From an uncultured Bacilli bacterium (GTDB taxonomy: Bacteria > Bacillota_I > Bacilli_A > RF39 > UBA660), in assembly GCA_948497845.1 (NCBI GenBank), contig CAOOMX010000001.1:14753-78752 (forward strand): 64,000 bases of DNA, written 5' to 3'. Position numbers and translations under genes: made by a program. Shown one piece after another: positions 9,878-20,010 of the stretch. How positions within the stretch are numbered: position 1 is the first letter of the stretch; each line of letters opens with the position of its first letter. Under the pieces are notes generated by a model. That model saw only the letters and a program-made list of their open reading frames with translations, searched no databases and was not told the origin of the DNA.

Positions 9878-11014
9878 GTGAATAATAATTATGCACAAAC
9901 AGACACTAGAGTATTGCAAATTCCTATTGAAGATATTATACCTAATCGTTTTCAACCAAGACTTACTTTTGATAATAAGTCATTAGAGGAACTTGCGCTT
10001 TCTATTAAGCAACATGGGATTATTCAACCCCTAGTTTTAAGACGCGTTGGAGATAAATATGAGATAATTGCTGGAGAACGAAGATATAAAGCTGCTACAA
10101 TGGCAGGGCTCGCAAGTGTTCCAGCTATTTTAAGTGACATGGATGATAATACAAGTGCTGAAGTTGCCATTGTAGAAAATGTACAACGAAAAGATTTGAC
10201 TGCTATCGAAGAGGCTAAATCTTTTAAGGCTTTATTAGAAAAAGGCTATATGACCCAAGAAGAATTATCTAAAAAAATGGGTCTTTCGCAAGCTGCTATT
10301 TCTAATAAATTACGTTTGTTAACTCTTGATGAATCTGTTCAACAAGCGATTTTGCAAGAAAAAATAAGTGAAAGACACGCCAGAAGTCTATTAAAAATTA
10401 AGTCTTTAGAAGATCAAAAGACGATGCTAAGTAGAATAATAAATGAAAGATTAACTGTTCGTCAGTTAGAAGAGGAAATAAAGAAAATGATAGGAAATGA
10501 TACAGAAACCGATGTACCTATAGTTAATACACCAGATTTAGATCAAATGTTAAAGGCTGCTGTAGACATAGCTAAACCAGCAGAAATGAAAACGCAAGCC
10601 GATTCCTTTGATATTTTGAAAAATGCTGAAACTCCTCAGGAATTAGCTCCAGAAAAAATAAAAGAAGCAGAAAAAATGCCTAATAAGTTCTTTAATTTTT
10701 TAGAGGATGAAGCTGCTAATATGAGTATGGAAGATGATATTTTATCATTTAAATCTTTGATTGATACAGATGAACCAAAAGAGGAAAAGAAAGCAGAATC
10801 ATTAGTAAATGTTAGTGATGATATTGAAATGCTAGATGATTTTATTATTCCTTCTGTTAAAGAAAATACAGCTGTAAATGATGATAGTTATTTAGGTAAT
10901 ATTATTTCAACGATAAGAAATTTACATTTAGATAGTGATAAAGTTAAAGTTGAAGAAATTAATTTACCAGCAGAATACCATATCAATATAGTCATTAAAA
11001 AAGATAAATTATAG
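9878..11014 (+). CDS. parB: ParB/Spo0J/Noc-family partition (nucleoid occlusion-like) protein, GTG start
   Basis: ParB box IPIEDIIPNRFQPR, GIIQPLVLR and HTH (QEELSKKMGLSQAAISNKLRLL). No adjacent parA/soj. Confidence 0.7.
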   Translation: MNNNYAQTDTRVLQIPIEDIIPNRFQPRLTFDNKSLEELALSIKQHGIIQPLVLRRVGDKYEIIAGERRYKAATMAGLASVPAILSDMDDNTSAEVAIVENVQRKDLTAIEEAKSFKALLEKGYMTQEELSKKMGLSQAAISNKLRLLTLDESVQQAILQEKISERHARSLLKIKSLEDQKTMLSRIINERLTVRQLEEEIKKMIGNDTETDVPIVNTPDLDQMLKAAVDIAKPAEMKTQADSFDILKNAETPQELAPEKIKEAEKMPNKFFNFLEDEAANMSMEDDILSFKSLIDTDEPKEEKKAESLVNVSDDIEMLDDFIIPSVKENTAVNDDSYLGNIISTIRNLHLDSDKVKVEEINLPAEYHINIVIKKDKL

Positions 11015-11016
11015 AA

Positions 11017-11046
11017 GCATATATTGGATAGTATATGTTTTTTTGT
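11017..11046 (+). terminator. Intrinsic terminator after parB
   Basis: CATATAT...TATATG hairpin followed by tttttttg. Confidence 0.5.
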
Positions 11047-11079
11047 TTATATGTGTTATATTAGTAAACAAGTGATGGT

Positions 11080-12138
11080 ATGAAAGATAAAAATATAGGA
11101 AATGAAATTTATAGGTTAAGGAAAGAAAAGAATCTTACGCAAAATGATTTAGCAGAAAAGATGCATGTTTCAAGAGAAACTATTAGTAAGTGGGAAAGAA
11201 ATATTGTTTTGCCTGATATAAAGTCTATAGGAAAACTGTGTAAGGAATTGGATTGTTCTTATGATTCATTTTTAGGGATGGAACATAAGAAAAAAGAAGA
11301 AGTTGTTTTGGATTTTTATAAGATTAAATGGCAAAATAAAAAAAGAATAAAATTTTTAATTATATTTTTTATTGGAGTAATACTTCTTTTCTTAGGTTAT
11401 TATTTTTTCAATACTTATCGACAAATTCACATATATAAAATAACAGGAACAAGTGATAATATAAATATTAATGAGGGGTTAGTCGTAAGAAGTTACGATA
11501 AGATATATTTTAATTTAGGGAATATTGAAGTATTTGATGAAGAAATTAAAGGATTAGAATTGTATACAGAAGAAAAAAGTATTTTTAAAACGGATGGTAA
11601 TACAATATTTATTTCTGATTTTTCTGGCTATAATGAGTATTTTGATCATAAAGAATTTATGAAATATATTGATCGTTTATATTTGAAAGTTATTTATGAA
11701 AATGAAGAAGATATTCTTAAATTAGATATAAAAGAGATTTATGTGAATGTTGATTTATCTTTTAAGGAAAAGCCAGTCATAGAAGATAATACACAAGATT
11801 TATTAGAAGTACGTAGTCGTTATGAAGAACAAATTAATGATATAAAAAAATCTTTTCAGTATGAAAATAATGAATATCTTTATCAAGAAGATCGTTTAAG
11901 AATAACTTATAACGATGAAGAAAAATTAATAAAAGTATCTAAAGGCAAAGAGAAAAAAGAAGAGTGGGAATTTAGTTTTTTGGATGAAATAATGGCATAC
12001 TCTATTTATGAAGGAGATACTTTAAGAGAATATATTAGAATCTATGGCGTAGAAAATCCTACTTTTAATCGAAATGAAGAATTAGGTAAAGAAAAATTGC
12101 AAGAGTTTTTTTCTATATTAGATAAAGTTTTAAAATAG
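11080..12138 (+). CDS. Membrane-anchored XRE-family HTH regulator (N-terminal HTH, one TM helix, extracytoplasmic C-terminal domain)
   Basis: HTH_XRE at the N-terminus. Hydrophobic IKFLIIFFIGVILLFLGYYFF. Acidic extracellular domain of about 240 aa. Confidence 0.5.
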   Translation: MKDKNIGNEIYRLRKEKNLTQNDLAEKMHVSRETISKWERNIVLPDIKSIGKLCKELDCSYDSFLGMEHKKKEEVVLDFYKIKWQNKKRIKFLIIFFIGVILLFLGYYFFNTYRQIHIYKITGTSDNININEGLVVRSYDKIYFNLGNIEVFDEEIKGLELYTEEKSIFKTDGNTIFISDFSGYNEYFDHKEFMKYIDRLYLKVIYENEEDILKLDIKEIYVNVDLSFKEKPVIEDNTQDLLEVRSRYEEQINDIKKSFQYENNEYLYQEDRLRITYNDEEKLIKVSKGKEKKEEWEFSFLDEIMAYSIYEGDTLREYIRIYGVENPTFNRNEELGKEKLQEFFSILDKVLK

Positions 12139-12348
12139 GATAAAGCTAGCTAAAATAATGTAATGGGCTTTATAAGTCCACGAACGAAGATTTGTGGACT
12201 TAATATTACCGTTACATTTTTTTGTTATTGTGTTATATTTTTTTTAACAGATGATAGTTTGTTAAAAAATAGTAATCAGAGTAGTATTATAGGAGTAGTA
12301 TTACCTTTTATCAATTATTTTGAAATCGATTACAGAAAGGAGGTACAG

Positions 12349-12771
12349 ATGAAAAAAATTAAGAAAGCATTTATTGGTATAATGATTATTTCTATAATTT
12401 GCGTTATTGGAATTGTTAAAACAATGGCATCTACTGATCAATTTAGTTATAATATTAAATCAACAAAAACTCATACTTCTTCTCAAACGTACAAGCTAAC
12501 TGATAAGGATAATTTTAAATATACAAATAAAATTAATCGTATTACTCATGTAGCTGAAAAAGGGTATTTTTTACGAATAACCATTCAAAAGTCGAAACTT
12601 GCTGGATTGGCATGGACTGGTGTATCAACATATAATTATTATAATATTGAAGCAGGCCAAAATATAAATGCTGATTATGGAAATAATCTTGGTCAAGGAA
12701 CTTATCGTTATTACATTTATAACGAAGGGGCTGAAGAGATATCTGCAACTATGTATACAAATATTTATTAA
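12349..12771 (+). CDS. Small secreted Tyr/Asn-rich beta-type protein (signal peptide; unknown function)
   Basis: AGGAGG Shine-Dalgarno 7 nt upstream of ATG 12349. Signal/TM MKKIKKAFIGIMIISIICVIG. The track start at 12163 is probably too far upstream. Confidence 0.4.
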   Translation: MKKIKKAFIGIMIISIICVIGIVKTMASTDQFSYNIKSTKTHTSSQTYKLTDKDNFKYTNKINRITHVAEKGYFLRITIQKSKLAGLAWTGVSTYNYYNIEAGQNINADYGNNLGQGTYRYYIYNEGAEEISATMYTNIY

Positions 12772-12837
12772 AAAGATGAGGCAGATGAGACGGATGCTTT
12801 TTCTGCCCTCTTTTCTAATATGAAAGAGAGGTAAATA

Positions 12838-13506
12838 ATGAAATTAGAAGATATTGTTAAGACATATATTAGTGAGAGTAAGAAGCAAGTTAGGGCTTTA
12901 AATGGAATAGATGCTTTTTTTGAAAAAGGAAAGCTTTATGCTATTATGGGGGAAAGTGGCAGTGGTAAAACAACTTTAATTAATATATTGGGATTAATAG
13001 ATAATGCTACAAGAGGTAAGTATTTTTTTGATGGTGTGGAAGTTAATAAATTAAAAGAAAGAGAATTAGCAAGAGTTAGAAATCAAAAAATTGGCTTTGT
13101 TTTTCAAAATTATTATTTAAATGATAATTTAACAGCCTTAGAAAATGTTCTTTTACCCACTTTAATAAATAAAGATTTGAATAAGGATACTGCTAAGAAT
13201 AGAGCTATTTCCTTGTTTGAAAAATTTAATTTAAGTGAAAGAATGAATCATTATCCTGGTGAATTATCTGGTGGTGAAGCACAAAGAGTTAGTTTAATAA
13301 GAGCTTTAATTAATGATCCAACTTATATTTTAGCTGATGAGCCAACTGGTAATTTAGATCCTAAAAATACTAAATTAATTCTTAAGTATTTAAAAGAGAT
13401 TAGTAAAGATAAATGTGTTATTGTTGTTACTCATAATGAAGATGTAAAAAAGTATAGCGATAAAATTTTATATTTAGATAAAGGAGTATGGAGTAATGAA
13501 GGTTAA
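12838..13506 (+). CDS. ABC transporter ATP-binding protein (MacB/LolD/FtsE-like)
   Basis: Walker A GESGSGKTT, signature LSGGEAQRVSLIRAL, Walker B ILADEPTGNLD, H-loop VTHN. Confidence 0.8.
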   Translation: MKLEDIVKTYISESKKQVRALNGIDAFFEKGKLYAIMGESGSGKTTLINILGLIDNATRGKYFFDGVEVNKLKERELARVRNQKIGFVFQNYYLNDNLTALENVLLPTLINKDLNKDTAKNRAISLFEKFNLSERMNHYPGELSGGEAQRVSLIRALINDPTYILADEPTGNLDPKNTKLILKYLKEISKDKCVIVVTHNEDVKKYSDKILYLDKGVWSNEG

Positions 13507-14689
13507 AGAAAATATAAAATTGGCTCTTAAATCATTAAAGAGATTAACCTTGAAGAAAAAGATTTTTGTTGCTTTAGAAATAGTTCTTTTAATATTAATG
13601 CTTGCTCCTTTTACTTTCTATTTAATATATAATCATTTTGAAAAAATAATGGAAACGTATCAGTTTGATTATAAACAAGTTGCGATATATGGAACGACAA
13701 GTAAGTATGAAGAATATGATAAAATAATATCTCAATATGATAATAAACATGTTACATATATTGATAAAGGTAAGGGTGCTTATTTATCGGCGAAAGATTC
13801 TGTAAATAATTATAGTTTTGTTTTACAAAGAGGAGTAAAAGGTTTTATTCCAATTACAACTAATGGTAAGACAATTGAAGATAAAAATGATATCATTTGT
13901 CCAGAAATGTTTTTTGAAAAATTTTTTTATCCAGATGCTTTATCAAATAATTTAATTGATTTTAGAAAAGATATTGCTAATGAAACTGTAGTTCTTAAAT
14001 TTTATGATGAATATACAGATACTGAATTAGTAAAAGAATTTTATTTAAAAGATACTTATAATGCAGATGCTTATTATACATATAATAGTTGTTTTATTAA
14101 TAATGATACGTTTGAGGAAATATATGATGCGATGTCTTATCAAAATAATTATGATGAAAATGCTATGGTAATGTTGTATACACTTTATGTTGATGAAACA
14201 AAAAATGTTGCAGAGGTAGTTAATTTTTTAAACGAAAATAATATTCCTAATAGTGTTGCTTTTAGTATGAATGATTTTATTGCTTATAGTTTAGCTTTAT
14301 CCTTTTTTCTATTAATTTTAATGATTGTTATTTCTTCCTTCTTAATTATGAAATTTATTAAAGATTATTATGAAGAAGAGTATAGAAATATTGCTTTATA
14401 TAAAGCTTTAGGGTTTAATAATCAAGATATAATTAATATTATTTTTTGGGAAATAATGTGTTTATTAATTTTTTCTTTAGTTGTGGCATTTATTATATTT
14501 ATAGTAGTAAAAATAGGTTTATTAATATATTTTAAACGCTATATTTCGTTTAGAACAATGAAAATATTTTTTCCAATAGTTCCTGTAATTGTGTATTATG
14601 CTGTTCTTGCTTTTTCTTCCTATAAATTTTTACAAATAGATATTAATAAAATAGTTGATTATTCTATAAAAGAGATAGGGGAATTATAA
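13496..14689 (+). CDS. ABC transporter permease, FtsX/MacB-like (one N-terminal TM, large extracellular domain, C-terminal TM bundle)
   Basis: Topology and length fit FtsX-like permeases. Overlaps the ATPase gene stop. Confidence 0.5.
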   Translation: MKVKENIKLALKSLKRLTLKKKIFVALEIVLLILMLAPFTFYLIYNHFEKIMETYQFDYKQVAIYGTTSKYEEYDKIISQYDNKHVTYIDKGKGAYLSAKDSVNNYSFVLQRGVKGFIPITTNGKTIEDKNDIICPEMFFEKFFYPDALSNNLIDFRKDIANETVVLKFYDEYTDTELVKEFYLKDTYNADAYYTYNSCFINNDTFEEIYDAMSYQNNYDENAMVMLYTLYVDETKNVAEVVNFLNENNIPNSVAFSMNDFIAYSLALSFFLLILMIVISSFLIMKFIKDYYEEEYRNIALYKALGFNNQDIINIIFWEIMCLLIFSLVVAFIIFIVVKIGLLIYFKRYISFRTMKIFFPIVPVIVYYAVLAFSSYKFLQIDINKIVDYSIKEIGEL

Positions 14690-15348
14690 TGATTAAAGGG
14701 TTAATTTATAAAAAAGGATTAATAAAGATGTTATTTTATATGTTAATTCTATTTCTTATCTATTTTTGTATAGCTATATATCAAAACAATGTTACTAATA
14801 AAATTGATGCGTATATAAATAAAGAAGAATTTAGAGCTTTAACTGTATATCATTATTTAGAACAAGACGTAGTAGATTTGTATACTGATAGAATAGAGAG
14901 TATTCATAGAGATAGTAATACATCTATTATTGTTTTTAAAACCGTTAATGATTTAAATTATTTTTTAGATAACTCTGGAGAAAAAGATACTTTTAATATA
15001 GTTCCAGATCAAATTCCAGGAGAATTTTCAAAAATATGTACTACAGTTCTAATTTATATTTTGTATGTTTTATCTTTTATTTTAGTTATTATCTTTTCTT
15101 TAAATTACTATCGACAGACGATTAAGAATTGGAAATTATTTATTATTTTAGGTTATAGTAAACGAATGCTATCTTTTATTTCCTTTTTAATTTTATTAGT
15201 TTTATATAGTATTGTTTATACAGTATTACTTATTTTATCAAAATTCTTATTTTCTTTAGATTATAATTTTATATTACTTTTCTTAATTGCCTTGGCAATA
15301 TATATTGCTTTACGAATTTGTGCTAGTTTAGTTAAGATAAAAGGATAA
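14689..15348 (+). CDS. Integral membrane protein, possibly a second short FtsX-like permease subunit
   Basis: N-terminal TM, about 100-aa extracytoplasmic region, three C-terminal TMs. Translationally coupled to the upstream gene (TAATG overlap). Confidence 0.35.
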   Translation: MIKGLIYKKGLIKMLFYMLILFLIYFCIAIYQNNVTNKIDAYINKEEFRALTVYHYLEQDVVDLYTDRIESIHRDSNTSIIVFKTVNDLNYFLDNSGEKDTFNIVPDQIPGEFSKICTTVLIYILYVLSFILVIIFSLNYYRQTIKNWKLFIILGYSKRMLSFISFLILLVLYSIVYTVLLILSKFLFSLDYNFILLFLIALAIYIALRICASLVKIKG

Positions 15349-15369
15349 AGACTTTAATTTTCTTTATCC
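15343..15369. terminator. Bidirectional intrinsic terminator between convergent genes (GGATAAAG...CTTTATCC)
   Basis: 8-bp stem with an 11-nt loop, flanked by T/A runs on both strands. Confidence 0.5.
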
Positions 15370-17314
15370 TTTTCTTCTTTATTTACAAATTGTTCTTTTA
15401 GATAATTAGGTTCTGATCCTTTTAAGTAGTAAAATAATGTTGCTTTGTTAGAATCGTTGGTGGATGCTCCAGTAATTGCGTGAAGAGGTAATGCTACTAC
15501 ATTTTTAGGAGTTTCATACCAAGTTGTTTCTGTTTCTTTTAAAGCATCTTCAATGGTATCTGCCCAGGCGTTTTTAGCACTATTTCGTACTGCATTATTC
15601 ATTTTTTCATTGTTATCATAACCCATCCAAGTCATAACTAAAGCATCTTTATTGTATCCAACAATCCAATAATCTGTATTCGTTGTACCTGTTTTTATAG
15701 CATATTTATTTGTTAGTTTCTTTTTAATATTTAATGCTGTTGGAGTTGTATAATCTACAAAGGCACTATTCGTTGTTGAGGTTAGTAATTCATTTAAAAT
15801 GTAAGTGTAGTTTGGATTTAGAACCAGTGTTTTTTCTTTTTCATGCTCATATAGAATGTTTCCTTCTAAATCCTCAATTCTTTCTATAAAATATAAATCT
15901 TTTTTATACCCTCCGGAAGCAAAAGTTGTATAACCGGTTGCATAATCAATTAAATTAATTTCACTTGTTCCAAGAGGTAAAGACGCTACTTCATTTAAAT
16001 CTTCTTTTATACCTGTTCTATTAGCAACTTCAACCATTTTATCAAGACCTAAAAAAAGATGGGTTTTAACAGCATATATATTATCAGAGAAAGCTACAGC
16101 AGCTGCCATTGTAATGTTTTTTTCTGCGTAAACATCACTTGCATTATTAGGAGCATAGGTTTGGCCATTTGATAAATTGAAAGTAGTAGGTTCACTAGAA
16201 AAAGTTGATGACATTGTTAAATTGTTTTCTAAAGCAGCATAATATAAAAAAGGTTTCATTGTTGATCCAACTTGTCTTTTGGAATTTAATGCTCTATTAT
16301 ATTGACTTTTAGCATAGTTCATTCCTCCGGTTAAAGCTCTTACAGCTCCAGTGTTTGGATCTACGATTATACTGGCTACTTGTACATTTTCATCTTTCGT
16401 ATTTTCTAATATGTTTTCTTCCATATCTTTTTGTGCTTCTAAATCTAAAGTTGTATATATTTTTATACCACCTGATTCCATTAAAGAAGTGGGTATTTCT
16501 TTTAATGACTTTAATTCTTTTATGACAGCATCTTGATAGTACATTAACATTTGTAAATTATTTTCAGTAGATTTTCCATAAATGGGAATGTCTTGTTCAA
16601 ATAAATGATCATAAGTAACTTGGTCTATATAATTGTTATTTAGCATACTTTTAGCTACCACTTTTGCTCTTTTTATACAATTTTCATAACTCGTCACAGG
16701 GTTGTTCTTACTAGGATTTTTAGGTATGCCTGCAAGCATAATGGCCTCCTCCAAAGTAAGTTCATTTGCTTTTTTATTAAAGTAGTAGCTGGCAGCGTTA
16801 ACAATCCCTAAGTTTCCCTGCCCATAATTAATAAATATCCTTCTAAAATTTCATCTTTATCATAATGTACTTCAAGTTCTAATGTTAAAAATGCTTCTTC
16901 AATTTTTCTTGACCAGTTTTGATCAAAGTCTAAATATAAATTTTTTACATATTGTTGTGATATGGTTGAAGCTCCTTGTACAATTCCACCCTTTTTTATG
17001 TTTAACATCATAGCTTTGGCTATTCTTAAATAATCAAAACCATTGTGTTGGTAAAAGTTCTTGTCTTCAACTGCTATAACAGCATTTTTTAAATGTTCAC
17101 TAATGTCTTCGATATTCGCCCATTCATTAGAACTAGATCCTTGATAGATTAAGTTATCTTGATTATCAAATATATACATGCTACCACTTTTTTTAAGATC
17201 TAGCTTAGGGCTTAAATAAGCATATGTATAGAGGGCTGTAATGATAACAATAAAACTTATGAAACCAAATATAGCCATTTTTATAGAAAATTTTAGAAAT
17301 CGCATGAATCTCAC
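15354..17314 (-). pseudogene. Class A penicillin-binding protein (transglycosylase + transpeptidase, PBP1A-like) split into two ORFs by a frameshift
   Basis: ORF 16808..17314 encodes the GT51 transglycosylase domain (EDKNFYQHNGFDYLRIAKAM, GASTISQQYVKNL). ORF 15354..16754 encodes the continuation (LTLEEAIMLAGIPKNPS) and the transpeptidase with SxxK at RQVGSTMKP. The two ORFs are in different frames within about 55 nt of each other. Confidence 0.55.
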
Positions 17315-17415
17315 CTATTGATAGTATGGATAAGACTTTTTAAAATATAAGTTTTTTCTATGTTTTACTTCTTAAACTTTACGTGTTATACTAATCGTAA
17401 AGGAAAGTGGTTTTA

Positions 17416-17988
17416 ATGAAAAAGGATAGTAAAGTGGAGAATAGCGAAAAAAAGAAGCAAGTGAAAAAAACAAGTACTAAAAAAGCTTCTACTTCAAAGA
17501 AAAAGGTAGAAGAAAAAGTTGTTCCTGAAAATATTACAGATGAGAAAAAACAAGAAGTGATTGAAAAGACGAAAAAATTAGACAAAGCAAAATTAGCTGC
17601 AATGATGTGTATTATTCTTGTGGCGGCCTGTGTTTTTGCTATAGAAAAGTTTAACATTCGTAATAATGGAACGAATAAGTGTGCTCATACCCTAATTTAT
17701 GATGATGAGCAAGATCCTGGTGCTACTTATGAAATGTGTATTTCTAAAAAGAATGATATTATTGTTACTAGAAAGCCTAAAGATGATAAAGAAGGAATTA
17801 CAATAGAAAATATCCAATTTAAAGAAGAAAATAAGAAATATATTGATTTATTTATGGAAAGATATGTAGGTAAGAAGAAAAAAGTTGAGTTAAAGATATC
17901 TGATATTTATATGTGGAGCAATGAAGATAGAGTTATTTTTCAATCTGTTTTATATAATGATGAGGCATTTTTAGATACTTTGAAATAA
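17416..17988 (+). CDS. Hypothetical membrane-anchored protein (Lys-rich N-terminus, one TM)
   Basis: ORF with a TM segment AAMMCIILVAACVFAI. No recognisable family. Confidence 0.3.
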   Translation: MKKDSKVENSEKKKQVKKTSTKKASTSKKKVEEKVVPENITDEKKQEVIEKTKKLDKAKLAAMMCIILVAACVFAIEKFNIRNNGTNKCAHTLIYDDEQDPGATYEMCISKKNDIIVTRKPKDDKEGITIENIQFKEENKKYIDLFMERYVGKKKKVELKISDIYMWSNEDRVIFQSVLYNDEAFLDTLK

Positions 17989-18047
17989 AATTTATTTACT
18001 TATCCTTTTTTACTTGTTATAATCTATGGAAAAAGAGAGGAAAATTC

Positions 18048-18386
18048 ATGAAAAAACGAGTAGATTGGGTTTTAAAGAACAATTCATATGAAATAGTGGT
18101 TAATTCTGGAATTATGAGTGAATTTATACCTAAAAAAGAGATTGTTGTTTATGAAAATGATGCAAAGAATAAAATAGACATAGCAGCTAGAATATACGAG
18201 AGGCAGTGTAGTGATTATGTAATGACTGTGGATTTTAAAAAGGGAATTTGTTCTTTTGTTTTTTCAAGTGAAGATAAATGTAGTTTTGATGTAAAGGCAA
18301 GTTTTTTGGAGACAAAAAATAGTATTGTTTTAAAATATAGTCTTGATGAAGATGAAAAAGAAATTATAGTTAGTTGGAAGGATTAG
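18048..18386 (+). CDS. Hypothetical protein
   Basis: 112-aa ORF immediately upstream of argS. No recognisable motifs. Confidence 0.3.
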   Translation: MKKRVDWVLKNNSYEIVVNSGIMSEFIPKKEIVVYENDAKNKIDIAARIYERQCSDYVMTVDFKKGICSFVFSSEDKCSFDVKASFLETKNSIVLKYSLDEDEKEIIVSWKD

Positions 18387-18392
18387 ATAAAA

Positions 18393-20000
18393 ATGAAAAA
18401 GATATTGAGTGATGTAGTAGAGTCTGCTTTAAAAAATTTAGATATAGAAAATGTAGAGGTAGAAATTAGTAGACCTAAGGAAAAAGAAAATGGGGACTAT
18501 TCGACAAATGTTGCTATGAAATTAGCCAAAAATATGCATAAAAGTCCAATGGAAATAGCACAATTGTTAGTAAAACATATTGAATCAAAATATATAATTA
18601 AAATGGAAGTGAAAAATCCAGGATTTATTAATTTTTTTGTATCTAAAGATTATTTGTTTGATAATTTAAATCAGGTTTTAGAAGAAAAGGATAATTATGG
18701 TAGCTGTAATATTGGAAACGGTTTAAAAGTAAATATAGAATTTGTAAGCGCTAATCCAACAGGAATTTTACATTTAGGGAATGCTCGAGGAGGTGCCTAT
18801 GGGGATTCTTTAGCTCGTATTTTATCTTTTTGTGGTTATGATGTTACTAAGGAATATTATATTAATGATGCAGGAGTACAAATTGATAATTTAGGACTTT
18901 CTATCTTGGCTCGTTATCAAGAATTGTGTGGGTTACCTTATGAAATGCCAGAAAATGGTTATTATGGTGAGGAAATAAAAACGATAGCTAAAAAAATATA
19001 TGAGGAATATCAAGATACCTGTTTAGATAGGGAGTTAGATTTTTTCAAAAAACTTGGTACAGAAGAAATGCTTTCGCATATAATAAGTGATTTAAAAGAG
19101 TATAGAATTGTTTATGATAAATTTTCAAGTGAAAAGGCCATACGTGAAAAATATAATTTAGATGATTTATTAAAAACTTTAGATGAAAATGGATATATAT
19201 ATGAAAAAGATGGTGCTATTTGGTTTAAATGTAGTGCTTTATTAGATGATAAAGATCATGTATTAAAAAAAGATGATGGTTTTTTTACTTATTTAGCGCC
19301 AGATATTATATATCATAAAGATAAAATTAATCGTGGTTTTGATAAATTGATTGATATATTAGGAACAGATCATCATGGTTATGTGGCTCGACTTAAAAGT
19401 AGTATGATGGCTTTAGGGGAAAATCCAGAAAAGTTAGAAGTTAAGTTATTACAATTAGTGCGTTTGGTCGAAGATAAAGAAGTAGTAAAAATGAGTAAAC
19501 GATCTGGTAAATCTGTTACATTAAAAGAATTAATTGATGAAGTTGGAGTAAATGCAGCACGTTATTATTTTTCAAAGTGTAGTTTGGATACACAAATGGA
19601 TTTTGATTTAAATTTAGCAAAATCAAAAACAAATGAAAACCCTGTATTTTATGTAAGCTATGCATATGCAAGAATCTGTTCTATTTTAAAAGAATATGAT
19701 CACTGTAAAATAATAAAAAAATATGTTGCAATAAATAATGAATCGTCATATAATGTTTTAGAAAAAGTTTATGAGTTTAAGGAAGTTGTTAGAAATGCAG
19801 CTTTAAAAGAACTCCCTCATTTAATCACTAATTATGTATACGAACTTGCTAGTATATTTCATTTGTATTATGCCAAGAATAGAATATTAGTGGATAGTGA
19901 AGAAGAAACTTTGGAAAAAATTAATTTAATTAAAGGTGTAAAGCAAACAATTTGGAATGCATTAAACTTGATTGGAGTGGAACCACCAGAAAAAATGTAG
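18393..20000 (+). CDS. argS: Arginine--tRNA ligase
   Basis: Class I HIGH-like HLGNARGGAYGD and KMSKS (KMSKRSG). Anticodon-binding C-terminus. Confidence 0.9.
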   Translation: MKKILSDVVESALKNLDIENVEVEISRPKEKENGDYSTNVAMKLAKNMHKSPMEIAQLLVKHIESKYIIKMEVKNPGFINFFVSKDYLFDNLNQVLEEKDNYGSCNIGNGLKVNIEFVSANPTGILHLGNARGGAYGDSLARILSFCGYDVTKEYYINDAGVQIDNLGLSILARYQELCGLPYEMPENGYYGEEIKTIAKKIYEEYQDTCLDRELDFFKKLGTEEMLSHIISDLKEYRIVYDKFSSEKAIREKYNLDDLLKTLDENGYIYEKDGAIWFKCSALLDDKDHVLKKDDGFFTYLAPDIIYHKDKINRGFDKLIDILGTDHHGYVARLKSSMMALGENPEKLEVKLLQLVRLVEDKEVVKMSKRSGKSVTLKELIDEVGVNAARYYFSKCSLDTQMDFDLNLAKSKTNENPVFYVSYAYARICSILKEYDHCKIIKKYVAINNESSYNVLEKVYEFKEVVRNAALKELPHLITNYVYELASIFHLYYAKNRILVDSEEETLEKINLIKGVKQTIWNALNLIGVEPPEKM

Positions 20001-20010
20001 GAGGATTATT

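Noticed and set aside
9662-9955. Minus-strand ORF overlapping the rsmG 3' end and parB start
   Set aside because: Antisense to two well-supported genes, low-complexity hydrophobic translation, no Shine-Dalgarno.
12166-12193. AAGTCCAC...GTGGACTT hairpin as a standalone regulatory RNA
   Set aside because: Most simply explained as the terminator/attenuator of the upstream XRE-TM gene. It is retained only as context for the cluster finding.
17391-17657. Minus-strand ORF antisense to the 17416 gene
   Set aside because: Antisense to a Lys-rich coding region (poly-F/S artefact). Also ORFs 12542..12748(-), 16351..16536(+), 20965..21165(-), 21388..21585(-), 29174..29356(-), 33909..34133(-), 35777..35965(-), 38732..38965(+), 41879..42079(-), 42757..42960(-), 46451..46654(-), 49886..50086(-), 50849..51109(+), 59357..59551(+), 60353..60589(-), 63393..63680(-) are rejected for the same reason: antisense or overlapping stronger genes, with biased composition.
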